Assembly: GCF_016127575.1 (NCBI RefSeq)
Contig: NZ_CP066019.1
Coordinates: 30,001 to 62,000 of the forward strand
Direction of reading: 5' to 3'
Length of the DNA stretch: 32,000 nt
Origin: Cupriavidus necator
Lineage (GTDB): Bacteria > Pseudomonadota > Gammaproteobacteria > Burkholderiales > Burkholderiaceae
Positions 26,143-32,000 of the stretch are shown here, piece after piece. Under the pieces are notes generated by a model. It did not search any database. It saw only the letters and a program-made list of their open reading frames with translations, and was not told where the DNA came from. Position numbers and translations under genes: made by a program. Position 1 is the stretch's first letter. The number at the start of each line of letters is the position of its first letter.

Positions 26143-26305
26143 GTGGACTGGCAACGCGGCAGACGCCGCGCCGGTTGACGCAGGCGCCGTCCGGAACTCG
26201 GGGTTTGCAGGCCTTGTGATGCCTGTGGCGCGGCACCTGTCATCCTGCTGGACTGGCAGTGCTCATGCGCCGGGCAAGGCGCATTTTACCCGTTCGGACA
26301 AAAAA

Positions 26306-26330
26306 GAAGCCGCCAGGAGCCCTGGCGGCT
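26306..26330 (-). terminator. Rho-independent terminator oriented for minus-strand transcription (aagccgccagg-gct-cctggcggctt followed by TTTTTT on the minus strand)
   Basis: It has an 11-bp GC-rich stem and a 3-nt loop, with a run of six A immediately 5' on the plus strand (a U-tract on the minus strand). It lies upstream of padR, so it does not terminate any annotated gene. Confidence 0.55.
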
Positions 26331-26357
26331 TGTCGGGAATGCGTCGGAGGGGTCAAT

Positions 26358-26379
26358 TAACTCTGGCGCAGACCAGAGT
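26358..26379. other. Second stem-loop (aactctgg-cgcaga-ccagagtt) 28 nt from the terminator; the plus-strand side is followed by TTTAATTTAAT
   Basis: An 8-bp perfect inverted repeat is seen directly. Its function is unknown. It could be a plus-strand terminator or the upstream hairpin of a two-hairpin sRNA 3' end on the minus strand. Confidence 0.35.
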
Positions 26380-26661
26380 TTAATTTAATCGAAGGCGGCT
26401 TGTCACGCGCCGGTAACAGCCCCCCTCCAGCGTGGGGTGATGATGAAAGCTTTTGATTGGAAAAGTGACGAATTGGCGTGAGATTGTGCAGGGAGCGGCG
26501 CTCGAAAATGTCGTAAATCAGTCAACATCACCTAAATTCCTGGCGGAAAGCGGATCGCCATCGTGGCGACGGCGGGGCACAGGTCCGAATCCGGCTTGCG
26601 GCATGCGCTGCACAGGCGTCAAATCGCGGCAACCTCCAACCCGCGCCTCCCGGTTCCCCTG

Positions 26662-27591
26662 ATGAAACCCGCCGATCTCGCCCGCTTGCTTGCCCTGGCC
26701 GCCATCTGGGGCGCCAGTTTCCTGTTTATCCGCATCGGCGTGCCGGCGCTGGGACCGATGCCGACCGCGTTCGCCCGGGTGCTGATCGGCGCGCTCACGC
26801 TGGCGGCATGCCTGCCGCTGCTGAAGCTGCGCTGGGATATGCAGGGCAAATGGCCGGCGGTGCTGGCGCTGGGTGTGGTCAATTCCGGTATCCCGTTTGT
26901 CATGTACGCCATCGCCGCGCTGTGGCTGCCGGCCGGTTATTCGGCCGTGTTCAATGCCATGACCCCGCTGATGGGCGTGCTGATCGGCGCGCTGGCGTTT
27001 TCCGAACGGCTCACGCGCGCCAAGGCCCTGGGCGTGCTGCTGGGCGTGGCGGGCGTCGCGGTGCTGACCCGCACCGGACCGGTGGCGTTCTCGACCGACG
27101 TGCTGCTGGGCGCGCTGGCCTGCCTGGCGGCCACCGCCTGCTACGGCCTCTCCGGCTTTCTCGCGCGGCGCTGGATCACGCGGCGCGGCGGGCTAGACAG
27201 CCGGCTGGTCGCCGCCGGCAGCATGGTCGGTGCCACCGTGTTCCTGCTGCCCTTCTGCCTCGCCGCGCTGTGGCGCCACAACACGCTGCCCGCTGCCGGC
27301 GCCGGCGTGTGGGCGGCCATGCTGGGGCTGGGCGTGCTGTGCACGGCGCTGGCCTACATCCTGTATTACCGACTGATTGCCGAGCTGGGCCCGGTGCGCT
27401 CGCTGAGCGTCACCTTCCTGATCCCGCCGTTCGGCATCGTCTGGGGCGCGCTGTTCCTGGGCGAGGCACTGTCGTGGGCGCACGCGGCGGGTGGCGTGCT
27501 GATCGGGGTGGCGGTATGGCTGGTGTTGCGGCCGGTGACGGGGGTGGAGCACGGCGCCAGTCCGGCAGGTGGTGTAGCGGTCAAACGTTGA
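26662..27591 (+). CDS. EamA/DMT-superfamily transporter (two EamA repeats)
   Basis: From the ATG at 26662 the protein is 309 aa with 10 predicted TM segments. MKPADLARLLALAAIWGASFLFIRIGV... is a typical EamA N-terminus. No good SD is visible, so the GTG at 26563 remains an alternative start. Confidence 0.85.
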   Translation: MKPADLARLLALAAIWGASFLFIRIGVPALGPMPTAFARVLIGALTLAACLPLLKLRWDMQGKWPAVLALGVVNSGIPFVMYAIAALWLPAGYSAVFNAMTPLMGVLIGALAFSERLTRAKALGVLLGVAGVAVLTRTGPVAFSTDVLLGALACLAATACYGLSGFLARRWITRRGGLDSRLVAAGSMVGATVFLLPFCLAALWRHNTLPAAGAGVWAAMLGLGVLCTALAYILYYRLIAELGPVRSLSVTFLIPPFGIVWGALFLGEALSWAHAAGGVLIGVAVWLVLRPVTGVEHGASPAGGVAVKR

Positions 27592-27605
27592 GCGCCTCTG
27601 GATAA

Positions 27606-27662
27606 GAATAAACTTATATTCATTGCCATAACGCCTTTATTGCTTATAAATTTCTTATATTC
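27606..27662 (+). promoter_or_regulatory. Putative promoter/operator of the TA module
   Basis: This is a strongly AT-rich 60 bp immediately upstream of the toxin ATG at 27668. It contains a candidate promoter TTGCCA-N16-TATAAA (27623-27650), the 9-nt repeat CTTATATTC at 27613-27621 and 27654-27662, and the inverted repeat GAATA-N6-TATTC at 27606-27621. All motifs were read directly. Their function is inferred. Confidence 0.3.
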
Positions 27663-27667
27663 GAGTG

Positions 27668-27922
27668 ATGAACTCGATATATTGGGCAACGAAGGCCACG
27701 AGGCAAGTCCGAAAGCTCGACAAGCCAATGCGCGCCACGATCCTTGATGCGATTGAGGACTTGGGGCATATGCCGAACTGCCAACATGTCAAAGCGCTAG
27801 CCAACCATGCCTATGGCTATCGGCTCGGAGTCGGCAACTACCGGGTGCTGTCCGACGGGGACGGAGCGATATGAATCGTGGAAATACAGGAAGTGAGAAA
27901 GCGGGATGAACGCACCTACTAA
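27668..27922 (+). pseudogene. RelE/ParE-family type II toxin interrupted by a single in-frame TGA (27872-27874)
   Basis: The ATG at 27668 opens 68 codons: MNSIYWATKATRQVRKLDKPMRATILDAIEDLGHMPNCQHVKALANHAYGYRLGVGNYRVLSDGDGAI. A TGA follows. The same frame then continues IVEIQEVRKRDERTY and ends at TAA (27920-27922), which overlaps the antitoxin ATG. That tail looks like the normal C-terminus of this toxin family as I recall it. Confidence 0.65.
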
Positions 27923-28235
27923 CATCCAGACGATCATCGGGCCGGATGGCAAGCCGGCGTTTGTCGTGATTCCCTATGGGGACTACCTCTCGCAATATGC
28001 GCGCGCCAGTGATCTGGTTCCGCATGCGGTCGTGCGTCGCGTGCTAGCCGATGACGTGCCGCCTCTGCGCGCCTGGCGCGAGCATCTTGGCCTGACCCAG
28101 GCAGACGTCGCAGTGCGCCTCGGCATTTCACAGCCAGCCTATGCGCAGCAGGAGAACAGCACCCGCCTGCGCAAGACCTCGCGTGAGCGCATTGCCGCCG
28201 CACTCGGCATCACTGCAGCGCAACTCGATATCTGA
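27906..28235 (+). CDS. XRE-family HTH antitoxin (HigA-like, toxin-first module)
   Basis: 109 aa. The C-terminal HTH reads LRAWREHLGLTQADVAVRLGISQPAYAQQE. The start overlaps the 3' end of the full-length toxin frame by 17 nt. Confidence 0.8.
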   Translation: MNAPTNIQTIIGPDGKPAFVVIPYGDYLSQYARASDLVPHAVVRRVLADDVPPLRAWREHLGLTQADVAVRLGISQPAYAQQENSTRLRKTSRERIAAALGITAAQLDI

Positions 28236-28257
28236 GCCAGGACGCGAGGTCCCTGAC

Positions 28258-28521
28258 TCAGGCCTGTGCCGCCGTGCCCGCCGCCACGTTGTACTGCTCG
28301 CGCACCATCATCACCACGCGGCGTGCCTGGCGCAGGTGGCGCACGGCGTCGGCTTCGCTGCGTTCGGGGAAATCGACTTCGGCGCTCCAGTTGCAGCCGG
28401 TGTGGTCGGGCCGGTGCACGCAGACCGCGCGCAGCTGGCAGTCGTGGCAGCCGGGCTCCTGCCGCAGGCACAGGTTGATCAGGCGTTTCAGTTCGGACAG
28501 GGGCTTGTTCAGGCGCTCCAT
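28258..28521 (-). CDS. Hypothetical 87-aa Cys/His-rich protein immediately downstream of fur
   Basis: The ATG at 28521 has GGAG 7 nt upstream and lies 28 nt after the fur stop. The protein reads MERLNKPLSELKRLINLCLRQEPGCHDCQLRAVCVHRPDHTGCNW..., with 5 Cys and 3 His between residues 18 and 43, including CHDC. I recognise no family. The 131-aa track ORF is an over-extension. Confidence 0.5.
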   Translation of the reverse strand: MERLNKPLSELKRLINLCLRQEPGCHDCQLRAVCVHRPDHTGCNWSAEVDFPERSEADAVRHLRQARRVVMMVREQYNVAAGTAAQA

Positions 28522-28549
28522 GGATGGCTCCGTCAGGTGCGCGGCGAGC

Positions 28550-29020
28550 TTACGCCCGGGCGGGCAGCTCCGGCGTGGGCTCGGCCTCGGTGGCGCCGGC
28601 ACGGCATTGCGGGCAGACGCCGTACAGCACCAGCATGTGCTCGCGCAAAACAAAGGCGTTGTCGGCGGCTACCTGGCGCTGGCGCTGCTCGATGCTTTCA
28701 TCGCGGAATTCCTCCACGCGGCCGCAGGCGACGCAGATCAGGTGGTCATGGTGGCCGCCTTCGTTGAGTTCGAACACGGCGTGGTCGGACTCGAAGCTGT
28801 GTCGCAGCAGGATGTCGGCCTGCACCAGCTGGTTGAGCACGCGATACACCGTGGACAGTCCCGCGTCCTCGTCCTGCGTCAGCAGGATGCGGTAGACATC
28901 TTCGGCGCTCAGGTGGCGCCGGGCGCTGGTGCGGAACACTTCAAGGATCCGCATGCGCGGCGAGGTGGCCTTCAGGCCGGCGCGCTTGAGATGGATCGGG
29001 TTTGTGCTCTCGAATGACAT
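28550..29020 (-). CDS. fur: Fur-family metalloregulator (ferric uptake regulator type)
   Basis: From the ATG at 29020 the protein is 156 aa. It contains ...LKRAGLKATSPRMRILEVF...HLSAEDVYRILL...GLSTVYRVLNQLVQADIL...HHDHLICVACGRVEEF...LYGVCPQC. No SD is visible, and the track ORF (210 aa) extends upstream through an Arg/Pro-rich non-protein-like stretch. Confidence 0.9.
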   Translation of the reverse strand: MSFESTNPIHLKRAGLKATSPRMRILEVFRTSARRHLSAEDVYRILLTQDEDAGLSTVYRVLNQLVQADILLRHSFESDHAVFELNEGGHHDHLICVACGRVEEFRDESIEQRQRQVAADNAFVLREHMLVLYGVCPQCRAGATEAEPTPELPARA

Positions 29021-29227
29021 GGCGGAAGGCATTGGCATGCGGCTGGCGCCCCGCGCGCAGGGCGGCGCCCGGCCTGGCGCCGCGCACGGGCGGCGTCGAT
29101 GGCTTGGCGGGATTTCAGGCTGAAGCGCCAGGGCCGGACCAGTGCTGGCGCCCCCGTCCCTGGCGGCGCGCCGTGCCTGCACGACGCGCGGAATAAAAAG
29201 ATGGCCTGGCTTGTCACCGGAAGACGC

Positions 29228-29262
29228 GATCGGGAAAGCGGGGTCTGGTTGCTTTCCCGATC
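29228..29262. other. Perfect 12-bp stem-loop (gatcgggaaagc - 11 nt - gctttcccgatc) in the fur upstream region
   Basis: The inverted repeat was read directly. It can be extended by ggaa/ttcc with a 5-nt bulge. Two further hairpins lie nearby: 29287-29305 (cgctccg/cggagcg) and 29329-29346 (atgccgc/gcggcat). Confidence 0.5.
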
Positions 29263-29456
29263 TTCCGAAGACTGGCTACTGCCAAACGCTCCGCGTGACG
29301 GAGCGGTCCCCACAAAAGTCGGTGTCGAATGCCGCAGCGGCGGCATCCGGAAATCCTGTCGTTCCTGCCAGCTTCGGTTGCTGCCGCGTGCCGCGGCGCG
29401 CCGGACCTGGCCGGTCTGCCTGTCGGGAGGTGCGTCGTGCGTCAGGCAGTGATCGG

Positions 29457-29485
29457 ATAGTAAATGGGAATCGATCTCATTACAA
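29457..29485 (-). promoter_or_regulatory. Candidate sigma-70 promoter on the minus strand (TTGTAA-N17-TACTAT) whose spacer is a Fur-box-like palindrome
   Basis: The minus strand reads ttgtaa tgagatcgattcccatt tactat. The spacer core TGGGAATCGATCTCA (29465-29479) matches the 7-1-7 Fur motif TGATAATnATTATCA at 9 of 14 defined positions. It points toward fur, about 430 nt away. Confidence 0.35.
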
Positions 29486-29545
29486 GGAAAATTTTACGGG
29501 TGCCTCATTTTTTTTGAGGGTGGCCCGGTGGCGCAATGTACGACC

Positions 29546-29574
29546 TTGAGGGTAATAATGCGAATTGTTATCAT
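29546..29574 (+). promoter_or_regulatory. Candidate sigma-70 promoter (TTGAGG-N17-TATCAT) overlapped by a Fur box (29554-29572)
   Basis: AATAATGCGAATTGTTATC matches the 19-bp Fur consensus GATAATGATAATCATTATC at 14 of 19 positions. It spans the spacer and the -10 element, about 140 nt upstream of the DUF3649-PepSY operon ATG. Confidence 0.55.
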
Positions 29575-29715
29575 TCGTAACGATTTCTTGCCCCGGTCCT
29601 GCGCCATGTATCGACTTTCCTCCCGCCATCGCCGCCCCGTCTCTGGCATGCCGCTGCAGTCAGCCCCAGCCGTGACGGCCGGCCTGGCCTGCGGCGCAGT
29701 ACTGCGCGTGCCGGC

Positions 29716-30009
29716 ATGAGCCAGGCCCACGCTTCCGGCTGGCGCTATCGCGCCGGGGTGGCCTCGCGCGCGGTCGCGGCCATTGCTGGCGGCTACGCGC
29801 TGGCGGCGCTGGCCACCGCGGCCCTGTCCGTGTGGCTGCCGATGGCGCGGCCCGATGCCGTGACGACGGCCACGCTGCTGTCCTTCGCGGTCTATGCCGC
29901 GGCGGTGGTCTGGGTCTTCGCGGTGCGCAGCGCGTGGCGAGCCTGGGCCGGGCTGGCGCTGCCGGCCGCGCTGCTGTTGGCGTTGCTGGCCGTGGGACGG
30001 GGCGGCTGA
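29716..30009 (+). CDS. Small integral membrane protein (DUF3649-like) preceding the PepSY protein
   Basis: 97 aa with three hydrophobic segments. Its stop overlaps the next start (TGATG at 30007-30011). The position upstream of a PiuB-type gene is typical of DUF3649 as I recall it. Confidence 0.6.
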   Translation: MSQAHASGWRYRAGVASRAVAAIAGGYALAALATAALSVWLPMARPDAVTTATLLSFAVYAAAVVWVFAVRSAWRAWAGLALPAALLLALLAVGRGG

Positions 30010-31652
30010 TGCGGGCAGGTTTCAGGCAGTCGATGGCATGGCTCCATACCTGGAGCGGCCTGCTGGTGTGCTGGGTGTTGCTGCTGATGTTCTGCGGCGG
30101 CAGCGCCAGCTATTTCAAGGAAGAGATCTCGCTGTGGATGCGGCCCGAGCTGCATCGCACCGCGCCCGCCGCCGAGGTGCCGGCCACGCAGGTGGCGCAG
30201 AACGCGGTGCGCTACCTCAGCCGGCAGGCACCCGATGCCGCGCGCTGGTTCATCACGCTGCCCGACGATCGGCGCCAGGCCGCCACCGTGCGGTGGGTCT
30301 ACAAGCCGGGCCAGGCGCCGCGCGATGCCGACGGCAAGCCGCGCCGGTTCGACAGCCGCTTGCTCGACCCGGCCACCGGCGCGCCGCTGCAGGCCGCGCG
30401 CGAGACCCGCGGCGGCGAGTTCCTGTACCGGCTGCATTTCGACCTGCACTACATGCCGGCCAGGTGGGCGCGCTGGATCGCCGGCTTCTGCGCCATGTTC
30501 ATGCTGGTTGCCATCGTCAGCGGCGTCATCACGCACCGGCGCATCTTTGCCGACTTCTTCACGTTCCGGCGCGGCAAGGGCCAGCGATCCTGGCTCGATG
30601 CGCACAATGCGCTGGCGGTGCTGGCGCTGCCATTCCACCTGATGATCACCTACACGGGGCTGGTCACGCTGCTGTTCATGTATATGCCCTGGGGCATCGA
30701 GGCCGCCTATCGCGGCGGCGAGCGCGCTTTCCAGGCCGAGGCGATGCTGCGTCCGCGGCCAGCCAGCGCAGCGGGCACGCCCGCCGCGCTGACAAGCGTG
30801 GCAGACATGGTGGCGCAGGCGGAGCGCCGCTGGCAGGGGGCCGCGCCGCGGCGCATCACCGTGAACCTGCCGGGCGATGCCAATGCCACCGTGGCGCTGA
30901 CCCGTGCCGAGCCGACCACGCTGGCACACGATGCGTCCACGCTTGAATTCTCCGGCACCAGCGGCGCCATGCTGCGCGCGTACGCGGAAGACAAGTCAGC
31001 GGCAGAGCTGACGCGCAGCGTCATGACCGGCCTGCATATCGCCGGCTTTGCTTCACCAGGCCTGCGCGCGCTGTTCTTCCTGTGCGGCCTTGCCGGATCC
31101 GCTATGGTGGCTACCGGGGCGATCCTGTGGGCGGTACGCACGCGCCAGCAGCAGGCCAAGGCGCTGGCTGCAGGTGCTCGGCCCGGCGTTGGCCTGCGCC
31201 TGGTCGAGGCGCTGAACATCGGCGCCATCGCCGGCCTGCCGATTGCCTTTGCCAGCTACTTCTGGGCCAACCGCCTGTTGCCGGTGGAACTGGCGCAGCG
31301 GCCTGAAGCGGAGATCCGCTGGTTCTTCATCGCCTGGGCCGCCTGCGCGCTGCTGGCGCTGCTGCGTCCCGCGCGTGGCATGTGGCGCGCGCAGTTGTGG
31401 GTGGGTGCGGCGCTGTTCGGGGGCGTCCCGGTGCTCAACGCCCTGACCACCGGATCGCACCTGGGCGTGACCTTGCTGCAGGGGCGCGGGCCGGCGGCGG
31501 TGGCTGGCTTCGACCTGGTGACGCTGACGCTCGGTATCGCGCTGGCAGCCGCGGCCTGGATGGTCGGACGCGGGCAGCCGGCACCGCGGCGCACGTCACG
31601 CCAGCCGCAGAAGGTGGCCGAAGTGGCTGCCGTCACACAGGAGCCCGCATGA
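30009..31652 (+). CDS. PepSY-associated TM-helix protein (PiuB/FoxB-like iron-regulated membrane protein, putative ferric-siderophore reductase)
   Basis: From the ATG at 30009 the protein is 547 aa. It begins MRAGFRQSMAWLHTWSGLLVCWVLLLMF... and contains ...FLYRLHFDLHY...GVITHRRIF...SWLDAHNALAVLALPFHLMITYTG. The conserved His pattern fits the PepSY_TM family. The 606-aa track ORF starts inside the previous gene. Confidence 0.85.
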   Translation: MRAGFRQSMAWLHTWSGLLVCWVLLLMFCGGSASYFKEEISLWMRPELHRTAPAAEVPATQVAQNAVRYLSRQAPDAARWFITLPDDRRQAATVRWVYKPGQAPRDADGKPRRFDSRLLDPATGAPLQAARETRGGEFLYRLHFDLHYMPARWARWIAGFCAMFMLVAIVSGVITHRRIFADFFTFRRGKGQRSWLDAHNALAVLALPFHLMITYTGLVTLLFMYMPWGIEAAYRGGERAFQAEAMLRPRPASAAGTPAALTSVADMVAQAERRWQGAAPRRITVNLPGDANATVALTRAEPTTLAHDASTLEFSGTSGAMLRAYAEDKSAAELTRSVMTGLHIAGFASPGLRALFFLCGLAGSAMVATGAILWAVRTRQQQAKALAAGARPGVGLRLVEALNIGAIAGLPIAFASYFWANRLLPVELAQRPEAEIRWFFIAWAACALLALLRPARGMWRAQLWVGAALFGGVPVLNALTTGSHLGVTLLQGRGPAAVAGFDLVTLTLGIALAAAAWMVGRGQPAPRRTSRQPQKVAEVAAVTQEPA

Positions 31653-32000
31653 GCATGAATATGCTGGCTGCCTTCGCACTGTCGCTGTCAGGATTCGCCG
31701 CACTGGCGCTGTCGCTTGACCGCCACCATGCCGATATCCATGGCCGCGGCAGCATGCCGTCGCGGCGCGCGGTGGCTGGGCTGCGCGCGGCGGGTGCCGG
31801 CGCGCTCGCGCTAACCTGGTCGCTCCACGTTGCTGCCGACGGCGGGCCGCTGGGAACGGTGTCGTGGCTTGGCACGCTGACCGCCAGCGCGTTTGCCGTG
31901 GCGCTGGGCCTGTCCTATGCGCCACGCGCGGTGCAGCGCCTGCTGCCGGGCGTGGCGGGTATCGGCCTGGCCGCGCTGGCCGCGCGCTGGCTGCTTGCAA
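31649..32000 (+). CDS. Small membrane protein (DUF3325-like), partial at the right edge
   Basis: The ATG at 31649 overlaps the PepSY stop as ATGA. My translation is MSMNMLAAFALSLSGFAALALSLDRHHADIHGRGSMPSRRAVAGLRAAGAGALALTWSLHVAADGGPLGTVSWLGTLTASAFAVALGLSY..., open to the end of the window, which is why it is not in the ORF track. Confidence 0.6.
   Translation, partial: MSMNMLAAFALSLSGFAALALSLDRHHADIHGRGSMPSRRAVAGLRAAGAGALALTWSLHVAADGGPLGTVSWLGTLTASAFAVALGLSYAPRAVQRLLPGVAGIGLAALAARWLLA

Noticed and set aside
26402-26527. Annotating the 41-codon minus-strand ORF as a CDS feature
   Set aside because: Its codon usage is unlike the rest of the window, I found no recognisable promoter, and it has no family or hydrophobic toxin-like character. 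I kept it only as a hypothesis inside the finding on the padR-eamA gap.
26582-26592. GGTCCGAATCC, reminiscent of a tRNA T-arm/T-loop (possible tRNA fragment or att site)
   Set aside because: The flanking bases do not form a T-stem or acceptor stem, and no cloverleaf can be drawn. I recognised no tRNA anywhere in the window.
29099-29549. ORFs of 117 and 135 aa (plus strand), and a 124-aa ORF (28972..29346, minus strand), in the fur upstream gap
   Set aside because: Their third-position GC is clearly lower and more mixed than in the real genes here. The sequences are Arg/Ser/Pro-rich, and they cross perfect hairpins. I treated them as non-coding, either leader or sRNA candidate.
1-32000. Search for CRISPR arrays, IS/transposase or integrase genes, rRNA/tRNA genes, prophage genes or defence-system enzymes (nucleases, helicases, reverse transcriptases, methyltransferases)
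   Set aside because: I saw no periodic repeat-spacer structure and no transposase, integrase or defence-type protein signatures in any frame. The only accessory-looking DNA is the small TA islet at 27.6-28.2 kb.

Overview
This is a very GC-rich, gene-dense chromosomal segment. Protein families and codon style suggest a betaproteobacterium, probably Burkholderiales and Cupriavidus/Ralstonia-like, but that is inference only because no search was possible. I support about 31 CDS plus a handful of regulatory sites and stem-loops.

Gene content from left to right:
- A complete L-lactate utilisation locus on the minus strand (lutA-lutC-lutB-lactate permease; the permease runs off the left edge). 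It has a divergent GntR/FadR-type regulator and a perfect ATTGGT-N3-ACCAAT operator.
- An AI-2E family transporter and ethanolamine ammonia-lyase eutBC.
- A YbaK-like deacylase-domain protein, a LysR regulator, a small secreted Cys protein and an SDR oxidoreductase.
- fpr and fumC (convergent), with a LysR regulator divergent from fumC.
- A 16-Cys DUF326/Csp3-like protein and a divergent zinc-ribbon protein.
- Two divergently transcribed c-di-GMP sensor enzymes: dCache-HAMP-PAS-GGDEF and CHASE-PAS-PAS-GGDEF-EAL.
- An Fe3+/2-aminoethylphosphonate-type ABC importer, a PadR-like regulator and an EamA transporter.
- An AT-rich islet holding a toxin-first RelE/ParE-XRE pair whose toxin carries one in-frame TGA.
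- A Fur-family regulator with a co-oriented small Cys/His protein.
- A 695-bp intergenic region with two back-to-back Fur-box promoters and strong RNA hairpins.
- A DUF3649-PepSY(PiuB)-DUF3325 operon that runs off the right edge.

I recognised no rRNA, tRNA, CRISPR array, IS element or integrase. Many long ORFs in the supplied track are GC-driven shadow ORFs on the wrong strand or frame of real genes.

I do not see an obvious novel multi-gene system such as a defence-type enzyme cluster. The best candidates for something undescribed are:
- the Fur-controlled structured RNA, the fur gene and the small Cys/His protein (28.2-29.7 kb);
- the orphan terminator pair, which may mark an sRNA or micro-ORF (26.2-26.6 kb);
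- the degenerate TA islet (27.6-28.2 kb);
- the DUF326/zinc-ribbon divergent pair (15.1-16.2 kb).

All product names rest on motifs I recognised by eye, not on database searches.
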